Positions 52,495-64,000 of a DNA stretch of 64,000 nucleotides are shown piece by piece. The notes beneath the pieces are model-generated. The model was not told the DNA's origin and ran no database searches. It was given only the letters and a program-made list of their open reading frames with translations. This stretch comes from Octopus vulgaris (lineage: Eukaryota). A program made the position numbers and the translations under genes. The stretch's first letter is position 1, and each line of letters opens with the position of its first letter. The stretch is from contig OX597821.1 of NCBI GenBank assembly GCA_951406725.2, positions 5,456,001 through 5,520,000 on the forward strand, written 5' to 3'.

Positions 52495-52566
<72 letters not shown>

Positions 52567-53543
52567 GTATGTATATGTATAAATTAAGGGAAGAGGAAAA
52601 ACAAAACCAAGGCAGGACAAGCTTATCAGAGAGTTTAACTTATTTTAATTATTATGATGGTGAATCGAAGTAAGCAAAAGTAAAATATAAAATCTTATAG
52701 TTGTTTCTGAGATTTCCCAGGTAATGGATCAATGTGTTGATCCACATTTCTATATACTGGCTATTCCGCCACCGGAGACAAGATATTTATATGCAGGAAT
52801 CTTCTATGTGGAGATGTAGATTGAGTATTTGGTGTAGGAAAAAGTGTGCAAGCTTCATAGTCATCCACTTGCGGAAGGAATGTGGATTTATGCATACTTC
52901 CGTAGAGGTGTCTTTCCTTACGTATTATCCCCGGTAAGTCCATAATTCAGAAAGCGAGTTGAGTAATGCATCCAGTTGTGAAAAGAGATTTAGCAAATTA
53001 ATGCTCATGAAGATAATGGAAGAAAAGTCAATGTGGATCAATAGATTTATCCTTTACCTGGGATATTCTAGAAACAGCTGTAAGACAATATTATTTACTT
53101 CTGTTTACTTCGATTTAGCATTACAATGATTTTAACAATCTGATAAGCTCGTCCTTCCTTTGGTTTGTTTTCATCCTCCTTTAATCTATAACCACTGGCT
53201 CAGAAATAGGCTACGGATCCCAAGCTCCAGTCCCCATTACGATCTTGGATCCTAAGAGCCTATAACTTGGAGCACTCACACAGCGTACCTGTTAGTTTGG
53301 ATCACCAGTGGCCTTAACCCTTCCTAGTCTGTATATATATATATGTATATATATACTTACATATATATATATTTATATTTATATATAGAATGTATATACA
53401 TATATATATGTACATATATATATATTCATACACACATACAAACATACATGTTTTTTGTGCTTTCTTGTTTGGATTAACTATATATATATATACATTCTAT
53501 ATATAAATATACATGTATGTATGTGTGTATGAATATATATATA

Positions 53544-53589
<46 letters not shown>

Positions 53590-54398
53590 TACATGTATAT
53601 AATGCATATATACACATACATATATATGCATACGTAGAAATATTCATATGTGTGTAAGTGTGCGTGAATGTATATATATATGTTTGTGTTTGTGTGTGGG
53701 TGGGTGTGAGTGTGTGTGTAGTTTTTGTGCATCTTACATCATTGTTGTATGGTAATATTGGTCTCACGTTATTCTTCCGCGCAAAGAAAAAACCGAGAGA
53801 GACTATTATCGATGTACAGAAAAGTTCAGTTTCAAGTTATAATGGCATATAAAGTTTTACACACACACACACTTATACACACAAACACGCACACACATAC
53901 ACACAAACACGCATACACATATACACAAACACGCACACACATTCACATGCCGATGCACGTAAATATATATATATATATAGTTATACATAACGCTTATAAA
54001 TATATGATCACTATTTAGATGTGTGTGTGAGTGAGAGTGTGTGTTTGCGCGCATATGTGTGTCTGTGTGTATAGTCATATATAACGCTTAGAAAAATATG
54101 ATTACAACTAATTCTTTGTTCTCAAATCACTTTTATCGAATATTATCTGTGAAACTAAATCTAACTTTGAAACATTTTCTTTTTATTTTATTTTTCGCCT
54201 CTGCTAGACGATATTCAACCTCGTTGTGACATTTTCTGAACAAAGCTCACCGGAAGTTCATGAGTCGAATCTTTTATATTTTCCGCCATTGACTCTCACT
54301 TCGAAAACTAATATTCATACATCATTATATTAAGTTATTTTATATTTTCAATTATACATATATATATATATACATGTATATACGCATACATCTATATT

Positions 54399-54447
<49 letters not shown>

Positions 54448-54524
54448 TTGTTTTTGTTACATTTGTGCTCACTTCTGGCAAGGGTAACAGTCATTCTATT
54501 TGATGATATAAGTATTGTTGATGC

Positions 54525-54590
<66 letters not shown>

Positions 54591-54859
54591 CATTATTATT
54601 ATATGGAGTGTAGTATAGCGGTGGGGTGGTGGACAAAGCGCTATGCAGTATTTTGTAGCTTTCCTTTACATTTTGATTTCATATCCAGCCGGAGGAGATG
54701 TTGTATACACATAAGAGTGTGTGTGTTTGTGTGTGTGCGTGCATGTGTGTGTGTCCGTGCGAGCGTGCATGCGTGTGTGTGTATATGCCTCTGTGTGAGT
54801 GTGTGAATGGGTGGGTGATATGGTTTTATTTATGTATATATATATATATATTATATATA

Positions 54860-54898
<39 letters not shown>

Positions 54899-54927
54899 TG
54901 TATGTATATGTGTGTGGGTGTTTTATA

Positions 54928-55020
<93 letters not shown>

Positions 55021-55727
55021 TGGTTTTAGTAGAACGTGTATCATCTGATTTCATCTACACCATCTACTTTCTGTCTGTCTAGTTCAATATATCTATTTCC
55101 TCTCTGGCATTTTTACTGACATCTGTGTGTGTGTGTATGTATCACATATTATGTGTATGTGTATTTACATCTTCAGTAGTTTATATTCGCATGTTCTGTG
55201 AATAGATTTATTAATATTGACAATATTTATTAATTTATTAATATGAAGTCAGAATTAGTGACCTTTGCCTCTGATATTCATGGATGGCCGTTTCGAAACA
55301 CTACAAGGAAATTTAAGTGGAAACTTTCGAGAATAAAGTTTAAAACGAAACGAAAACCATTTTCGTATTTATTCAATGGAGAGAATCACTTCAAATCTTC
55401 ATTTCAATATTTATGCATGTAATTCTAACAATGGACTACAATAATCGGTGACACTTTCGCATGAAAAAAACGCAATACACAAAAATTTATATGGAAAAAC
55501 GTTGGCTTAATAGTCAATAGTTTAGTCAAGTATGGGAGATAACTTCATATCTGCATCACCTCACAGAACCCTTTACAGCGAAGCACAGACTTCAACGTTC
55601 GTTCTTGCAAAATGCCTGATGGAAGTATCGCTAAGTAAATATATATTAATGTACACATTTTTGGTGTAGAATAATAGAATTCTTCATAGGTTAATCAACT
55701 ACTCTGCATTGTAAATTATACTTCAGT

Positions 55728-55786
<59 letters not shown>

Positions 55787-55791
<5 letters not shown>

Positions 55792-56233
55792 TCAATATAG
55801 GTGGCAAGGAAAATTTTGTAGAATTTTTTTGCCACCAGCGGCCCAGTGGGAAAAAATTAAATAGTCATAGACCATTTTTAAGTTCAACATTAACAATTAA
55901 GGAACGGCCATAATAGGCCATTCACCCACTAGAAATAACAGCCAAAGCTTCTACCGCAAATAAAGATCAATTCCGTAAACAGAGAAAATTAAAAACATTT
56001 ACCCTGTAATTTCTTGTACGGTATACCGTTTCATCTGCTGTTTAATGGTAAACTAACCTGATTAAATTAAATCAAGCCAATCTTCCATAAGCCCTCAGAT
56101 TCTTCAGCAAGAAATAGCTCAAGTCCAGATATTTACACGAGGCATACCCAATCCTGCAAGGCAATATCTGACCTAAAATTTTCAAATCGTCGCACTCGCG
56201 CCAAATTTATCGGCAGCAAATAAATCGTCGATT

Positions 56234-56236
<3 letters not shown>
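55787..56236 (-). mobile_element. About 450-nt non-coding HHR element inserted in (TA)n
   Basis: Flanked on both sides by (TA)n; canonical HHR; terminal hairpin 55800-55836. Confidence 0.8.
56009..56115 (-). ncRNA. Type I hammerhead ribozyme with long stem II
   Basis: auuucuug-CUGAAGA-aucug(long insert)cagau-GAAA-cggu(au)accg-UA-caagaaau; perfect 8-bp stem I. Confidence 0.9.
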
Positions 56237-56272
<36 letters not shown>

Positions 56273-56334
56273 AGAGCACTAAAACAAGCCAACAATTATA
56301 ACGGATGTATTCTAAAACTATTGTCTGTGTTTGA

Positions 56335-56379
<45 letters not shown>

Positions 56380-56405
56380 TGTCTGTATGTATATATATGT
56401 ATATG

Positions 56406-56452
<47 letters not shown>

Positions 56453-56470
56453 TCACATGTGCGCATCTAT

Positions 56471-56508
<38 letters not shown>

Positions 56509-56509
56509 G

Positions 56510-56547
<38 letters not shown>

Positions 56548-56834
56548 TATATGTATGTATATATATGTGTGTGTATGTGGGCGTGTGTGCGTGTGTGTGT
56601 GTATAGATACATACATGTGCATATATACACATTCACACACACATACATACGTGCATAAGCAAAGTGCACCTGGGCGGTATTTGAATTCAGAACGTGAAAA
56701 CAGACGAAATGCTGCTAAGCATTTTATCTGTGATGCTAACGATTATGCCAGCTCGCTACTTTTCGCTATATATACATAATATAGATGCATATACATACAC
56801 ACATACACACATACAAACACACACACACGCACAT

Positions 56835-56882
<48 letters not shown>

Positions 56883-57178
56883 GTATACACTTACTCAAAA
56901 CGCACGAAAACACAAACATATGCATTTACACATATGTACATATATATATATATATATATATGATTATAGGTATACATTTATAAGCATATTATATATGAGT
57001 ACGTATTTATATGCATACATATATATAAATATATACTTGCGTGTATATATATATATATATACATATCTGTGTGTACATATACATACATATGTACCTATAT
57101 ATGTATATATAGGTATATACATATATATACATTCACACGCGTACCACACACGCATTTGTATATATACATACATGCGCG

Positions 57179-57241
<63 letters not shown>

Positions 57242-57591
57242 CTCCAAATTCACTTCCGCCCCTGTACATCTGTACATTTTAAGTCTAACTTGATCTTTAA
57301 AGTCCAAATTGCTCGCATGAATATTCAATTTCCCTCTCAATGCGAAAACTGAAACCGCCTCACTTTCTCTATGTCTATTCATAATACACATTACGAAGCA
57401 AACATAGACATCACCTATAAAGTACCCGTCCACCTTTCACATTTCATTAATTAAACATTCAATTCAGTGAACCATTAACCCATTCCTTGCTGTTCTATCA
57501 GTCATTTCTGCCTTGTTCCTCTTTTCATCTTTTATCGAAGTGTCTACTCATTTTTCCCTCTCTGCGTGTCTCCGACGTAATAAATTTAGAT

Positions 57592-57622
<31 letters not shown>

Positions 57623-57896
57623 CACGCGCGTGTGAGTGTTTGTGTGCTGGTGTGCGAGTGTGTGTATGTGTGTGTGAGTGTGTGTGCGCACGTACGATTT
57701 TATATACACACATATTCATATATATTCATATATAAGTATATTCATATGTATATACACTTATATATTCATACCAATATAAATAACTTATACGGATATATAT
57801 ACACATATATTCATCACATATTCATATACATTATATGCATATGTATTTATACATATGTATACATGGACGTAAGCATGTAATACATATGTGTGTATG

Positions 57897-57957
<61 letters not shown>

Positions 57958-58884
57958 ATAGTAATGTATGTATATATATATACATATATATATAATACAT
58001 ACATACACATATATATATAGCACGTATAACTGTTTCCGTTTAGAAAACTTTTATTTGGAAGAATTAAATAAGTAGAAACTTATTTAATTCTTTCTTCATA
58101 ATACATTGCAACTTAGAGTCTCGTACTCAGCTAATACTAAACGCTCATCAGACGAGGAAATAACCAGCCTGCAAAATATCTGTGACTATACCTGTTTTTA
58201 TGTGTACGAGGGCAGTTCGTCTGTTTGTATGTGATTATGGAAGCAGCAACTCTGCGCAACGACAGGCAAATAGGCCGATGAACAGACGGGCCAACAGACA
58301 GACAGGCCGACAAACAGGCCAACCGACCGACAGTCAGACAGATACACGTATACACGTATATATCCATGTGCATCCAGGGCATGCGACTTGACTGAACTAA
58401 TGTACCGCTTTTGTGCCAGCTGTGCCGTCGAGTGATCAAGCATGTATTGTAGGTTTATCGAAGCTGTTGAAATGCTTTCTGTTAATCCGCTTAGAATCCA
58501 GATATTCACCATTGTCTCCATATGTTCTGCAACAGAAATAATCTATATCCATGGTGATGCATCCCAGGATTCCATCGTAACCTGACTCGCATTATTATGT
58601 GTTGTTTAACCCATAACTGGGATCCTGCTGAATCTCGGGCTCATGTCGTCATGTGGTGAAGTGGTCATGTGACGAAGTGGTCATGTGGCGAAGTGGTCAG
58701 CGGCGAAGATGTAGTTCCACACTCTTCAAAGCTCTACACTTTTTCATCCAGGAGCTCGCGATCGGAAGCATTTTAAAGTCATACCCAGTATAATATATAC
58801 ATACCCACAACAAACACACACACACATGCATGTGCACACATACATACATACATACATACATACATACATACATACATACATACA

Positions 58885-58918
<34 letters not shown>

Positions 58919-58972
58919 CACGCATGCGTATTCATGTACATATTCACAGATATATGCAAATGCATGTATATG

Positions 58973-59332
58973 TGCATGGATGTGCGGCAAGAAACTCGCT
59001 TCCCACATGGTTCCGGATTCAGTACCACAGCGTAATACCATAGGCAAGTATCTTCTACTATAGCCTAGGGCCAACCACTGTCCTGTGAGTGGATTTGTTA
59101 GACGTAAACTGAAAAAAACCCGTCCAATACATATATATGTGTGTGTGTGTGTATGTGTATGTGTGTGTGTGTGTGTGTGTGCGTACGTGCTTTGGTCTTT
59201 GTATTAGTCCTCCCCCGCTCGACAACCGTAGTAGTTGTGTTTACGTCTCCGTAACTTAGCGGTTCGCCAAAAGTGACAGATAGAATAAGTAGTAAGCTGA
59301 AAGCCAAAGTCCTGTTGACGATTTATTCGACT
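58973..59332 (+). mobile_element. Diverged SINE family A copy
   Basis: CACATGGTTCCGG..CTACTATAGCC..GTAACTTAGCGGTTCG. Confidence 0.8.
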
Positions 59333-59476
59333 ATACATAGAGAGACAAAGAATATGAACTAATTATTTTGGGGAATGTATCGAAGCACATATGTAAAGCT
59401 ATATATAATAGCAAATGATATTTAACTGTTAATTTATTGTTTTATGTATTTGCTTCGACATATATGTATGTATGTG

Positions 59477-59512
<36 letters not shown>

Positions 59513-60906
59513 CTAGCATTATGACCCGTCGTTGCCGGGTCATAGTGCTAGTGCATGTATATATGTGTATACATATGTGTACATATTACATGTACATCTA
59601 TATATATGCATCTGCACATAAAATACAAAATACAGTTATATCTTGATATCGCTAGTGATAACAATACTCAAAATATAAAACAGACTGGAATTGTAGGCCC
59701 GTCTCTTGCAATTTCGATCAATGGTATCTTGTTCTCCCTCTTGTATTGAAGTGTGGCTACAATCCAGCCTACCTCTACTTCTGAGTACATTTTAAATTTT
59801 TATCCGGGACGTCCTATATCCCAGATATAAAGGTGAAAATAAAATATTTCCACTTTGCAAGGTTCGAGTCGAGTACTCCCTTGCACACTCCGTTGACTCG
59901 AACCTTGCTTCTATTGTTGCGTATTTCCCGCGAATATAGTCGCACCAAGACACTTTTCGATGGTGCTTTCCTCCAGGTGTTCAAATCTTTTTTTTTTTCT
60001 CTACATTGTATAGACAATAGTCTTTTTCTTTAATTTATTTTTTTATTTCGTTTGGTGGTGTTATCCTAGATTCACCGTCTTTGTCGGTAATCAATCCGAA
60101 ATAGGTTTGTATTTCTTCCATTTTAATTTTAATGAGTTCGCTCCCACCGACGGCTGCAGCGAAATTCATTTTTGGACTTTCTTCTATCGAAGGCATTCTA
60201 ACAAAAATGCTTCCGTGTAAACGGTGAAAATATTGTCAATTTCCCCAAACAGGGATACAATTCAATTTTTAAACAATAACCAAAGCTCCTTCTCCCAAAG
60301 TGGGAGGGTTACAGTTTACAATTATTTAACAAATGCAACACAACAACGTTTCCCTTACGAGGAACCAACAAACGTGATAACAATAGTTAAGCAGTAATAA
60401 TAATAACAACAGTACGCAGTTAAAGCTATAGTCCTTTATGTATAATAGTCCATCTGGACTATTCCATTTCTGCACGCTAATTTTATTTTCAATTTATTCC
60501 CATTCATGTGAAACCACTTATTCATTGATGCAATTTTATACCAATTGCTATTTTTACTTTTGTTATGCTACGATTATATTATACTTTAGTTTGATTTTAA
60601 TTATTACTTACTGCATATAATTCAATTGTTATTATTATCTCTAATTTTTATTGTTAAAGTGAAAGTATCTGACGTAAAATAGAGAGATGTTTTTGTTTCA
60701 CTTTTAACACGCAATACTGAAATAGTGGAGAAGATATGATATTGCTATGGGCTCACCGTAGGCAAGAGGTTGAACATTTCTTTTGCCGATGACGCTCCAT
60801 GGACCCTAAGTAAGGCATGTGTAAAATTTGAAGGAAATTGGTTGTGTAGTTCTCAAGTTTTAGGGAAACACAGACAGACAGAGAGACAGACACACGTTCT
60901 CAGCTT

Positions 60907-60915
<9 letters not shown>
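59513..60915 (-). mobile_element. Probable non-autonomous Helitron
   Basis: Minus-strand 3' end: GC hairpin CCCGGCAACGACGGG then TCATAATG-CTAG|T; minus-strand 5' end ATAAAGCTGAGAACGTGTGTCTGTC with (GTCT)n, typical of Helitron-N; no TSD. Confidence 0.6.
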
Positions 60916-60960
<45 letters not shown>

Positions 60961-60963
<3 letters not shown>

Positions 60964-62093
60964 AAAAGAGGAAAACAGATGGTGTAGACAACAAACAGCT
61001 GTATTAGTTTAACGCTCGGAAAGTGAAAATGTTTTAACTTTTCGAGCCTACGCTCTTCTACAGAAAGGAACACAAAAGGAAGCAAGGAGAGAAAATAAAG
61101 AATGTGTAGTGGCTCGCGATCTATCATGGCGAGTGCCGGACACAAAGGTCACATAGGAGTGCTAGGAAGAAGGGGAGATAATAAAGTTGTGGTGATTTCA
61201 AAATGAGGGTGTGCGTGCGTAAGTATAAGAGAGTAGGTATGTTCGTGTGGAAGAGGGCTGGTGACCTTGATGCGTGCGTGCGTGTGTATGTGTAGGTGTG
61301 ACGCTATGGGGCTGAGAAATGGTCAGTGCTAGTGTTTACGTGGTGGTGTGATGTGATGTGTTGTGTGATATGGTGGTGTACAGTGGTGTGTAGTGTGATG
61401 GTGTTAGGAGGTGGAGGAGGCGAGAATGAGGAAAGCAAAGATGGGGTATGGGTTAGGCTAAGGGTGGGAGTAGAGGTTGGGTATGTGAGTTGGTTGAGGG
61501 TGGGGGTAGAGGTGGTGTATGTGGAAGTGGGTGTAAGGGATGAGGTAGGGTAGGAAGAGAAGGATAGGGAAGGTGGGGGTAGAATCTGTAGGGGTAGGTA
61601 GGGTTACGAGGGAGGGGAAGGAGAAGGTGGGTAGGAGTGAAGAGAAGAGAGAAGGAGAGTAGGAGTGAAGAGAAGTATGAGTTGGAGCAAGAGAAGAGAG
61701 GTGGGTGTGAGGAAGTAGGTGTGACGGGGAGAGAGGCAAGGGGAGGAGTTTAGATGAAGAGGGCAGGAGAGTTGAGCCCATATGGCGCAAAAGAGCGAAG
61801 ATAGAAGGTAAATCCCCGCTCACGGCGCAAACGGTAGTCCGGATGGCACCTGTGCAAAGACAATCTGAACACTGACAGGTGTTGCAAAGAGTGACCGGTT
61901 GGGCGAAAATGGCGCGAGACCGGGGTGTCATTGCCAGTCGGATGTCTCGGAGGTGTTCCGCGAACTGGTCAGCGAAGCGGCGTCCCGTTTTCCCGATGTA
62001 TAGAGAAGGGCAGAGACAGCAGGAGATGTAGTAGATGACATTGATAGAAGTGCAGGTGAAAAACTCGGTGATGTGATAGGGTCGATGATGGGT
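60961..62093 (-). mobile_element. Penelope-like element 3' remnant: GIY-YIG, pyrimidine-rich 3' region, pLTR with HHR variant
   Basis: FTCTSINVIYYISCCLCPSLYIGKTGRRFADQFAEHLRDI; HHR cttt-CTGTAGA-a-gagc(gtag)gctc-GAAA-ag-TT-aaaa at 61032-61067; 3' end abuts (TA)n. Confidence 0.92.
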
Positions 62094-62224
62094 ACCACTC
62101 ACAAGGCTTTGGTCGGCCGAGGCTATAGTAGAAGACACTTGCCCAACGTGCCACACAGTAGGACTGAACCCGGAACCATGTGGTTGGTAAGCAAGCTACT
62201 TACTGCACACCCACTCCTGCACCT
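62094..62224 (-). mobile_element. SINE family A head
   Basis: Near-consensus 5' 130 bp, cut at the PLE junction. Confidence 0.85.
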
Positions 62225-62268
62225 ATATATATATATATATATACATATATATATAGGTATATAGATAT

Positions 62269-62309
<41 letters not shown>

Positions 62310-62337
62310 TATATATATATATATATATATAAATTTA

Positions 62338-62808
62338 TATATAGAGGGCATTATTATACATACATGCCACACGCTAAGACGGACAATTAGTCATTTCTAC
62401 CAAAAATTTTACTAATCCCACCGAATGCAATTTTTCAAAGTAAGACATTTAAAAATATAGACTTGTATCACCTGTGATTTCATACCTCTGTATTCATCAG
62501 CAAGCCTGAACGTATCATAAATAAACGACCCTACCTCGTCTAAGCCGAGCAGCTAACTGATCAACATCAACGAAGCACATGGGTGAGTTTACATATATTA
62601 CATCCGGTAAATGGCAGACTTTTACGAATTGCATTTCGGGAAAGAAAAGTTTTTTCGGAATAAAAATTTAGCAATTAAGGACAACTTCTAAATAAGGAAA
62701 ACTTAACAAGAAATTATCAGGTAGATAGCGTGAAAGACCTGATAAGAGAAAAATTTTTTTCTTATTGAACATATTAATATATATATAGAGGGCATTATTA
62801 TACATACA
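62338..62808 (-). mobile_element. Terminally redundant 444-nt non-coding HHR element in (TA)n
   Basis: Direct repeat TATATAGAGGGCATTATTATACATACA at 62338-62364 and 62782-62808; canonical HHR inside. Confidence 0.85.
62460..62506 (-). ncRNA. Type I hammerhead ribozyme, canonical core
   Basis: ggcuug-CUGAUGA-auac(agag)guau-GAAA-ucac(ag)guga-UA-caaguc. Confidence 0.92.
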
Positions 62809-62990
62809 TATATATATATATATATACATATATACCTCTATATATACCTATATATATATACATATATACCTCTATATATACCTATATATATGAATATATA
62901 TATATATATGCAAATATATATATGCATATAGCTATATATATCTGTATGTATATAGGTATATGTATATCTGTGTATATATGTATATATATC

Positions 62991-63052
<62 letters not shown>

Positions 63053-63188
63053 CATATGTATATATATATAATGTATTTATATTTTTTTGTGGCGGGATAT
63101 ATTTGTCTCTCTCACTTTTTCTCCTTTTCTCTCTATCTACCTATATATGTATATATATGTGTGTGTGTGTGTGTATACATATATATCC

Positions 63189-63233
<45 letters not shown>

Positions 63234-64000
63234 AGCACTCACACACATCCGTAATATATGTATGCATGTACGTACGTGTGCATCTATGCGTATGTGTAAG
63301 TGTGCGTATAATTTATGTACTTCGACGCGTTACTCTAAACTGTTAACACGTGATGCTCTACAGACCGACCAACCAAAACATCCAATATTTCATTACTAAC
63401 ATCAATCAGTAAATAATATAAATCGAAGAACAATTCTCAAAATAATCACAGCACTTATCTAGAACAAAAGTCATATTTCTGACATATTCTGGACATTTCC
63501 ATTTAGTAAGACTTCATTGAAACACACCTTATGTTTCACACTTATTTCCAAGCGGAGTTCCTGTTGAAATATGTTCAAAGATACAACCCCCTCCTCCTCC
63601 TCCAAGCTGCCAAAAACATGAACTCAGCAGCAAGGATTGGTTCTTTATGACATGTCCAAATGATTATAATGGAACCAGACAGACAGTTTTGTCCACCTCA
63701 TGACAAAACTGCAACTAAAATAGAACATAGATTTTTCTTTCTTTCTCTCTATACTTTACCTATTTCCTTCCTACTCTCATTCTTTCTTTCTTGCTCTCAA
63801 TATATATATATTCATTAATTTTCTTCTATATTTCTTCTTTATTTCCTTGTCTGTCTGTTAGTCTCTCTTAGTCGGTCTGTCGGTCTGTTCGTTTGTCCTT
63901 ATATAATTTATTTCGTTTTTTATCTTATATTTTTATATTGCTTTCATTATTTTTTATCCTGTCTGTTTTTCTTACTTCTCGATACTCGTGCCTCTTTTTC

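Noticed and set aside
58400-58540. Minus-strand acceptor TTTCTGTTGCAG at 58527
   Set aside because: Weak downstream donor, no recognisable peptide, adjacent to transposon-like 16-bp repeats
58649-58707. Three to four 16-bp tandem repeats TCATGTGGCGAAGTGG
   Set aside because: No spacers; looks like an ordinary minisatellite or transposon subterminal repeat

Overview
AT-rich, microsatellite-saturated eukaryotic intronic/intergenic DNA. The SINE and transposon families look like those of an octopus/cephalopod genome (inference from recognition, not from a search). No intact protein-coding gene can be supported. Almost all ORFs in the track are translations of (TA)n, (CA)n, (GAA)n or (CAT)n repeats or of SINEs. 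Recognisable coding remnants all come from mobile elements: two CR1/L2-like LINE 3' ends, three Penelope-like element (PLE) GIY-YIG endonuclease regions, mariner, Tc1, DD37D/maT and hAT transposase relics, a probable non-autonomous Helitron, and many tRNA-derived SINEs of at least four modular types. The most striking hidden signal is a set of more than ten type-I hammerhead ribozyme (HHR) motifs. Four have fully canonical cores (3495-3539 +, 41185-41245 +, 56009-56115 -, 62460-62506 -). They sit in PLE pseudo-LTRs or in small non-coding units inserted into or beside (TA)n tracts. Three units show terminal redundancy or an antisense end-to-start junction, implying tandem or circular RNA monomers of about 325, 444 and 471 nt (retrozyme-like). 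Several units share a sequence-divergent but structurally conserved terminal hairpin next to the (TA)n target. A few possible host-gene splice signals (a 9-nt microexon, an FxNPxY-ending exon, a promoter or recursive splice site) are reported as unproven candidates.
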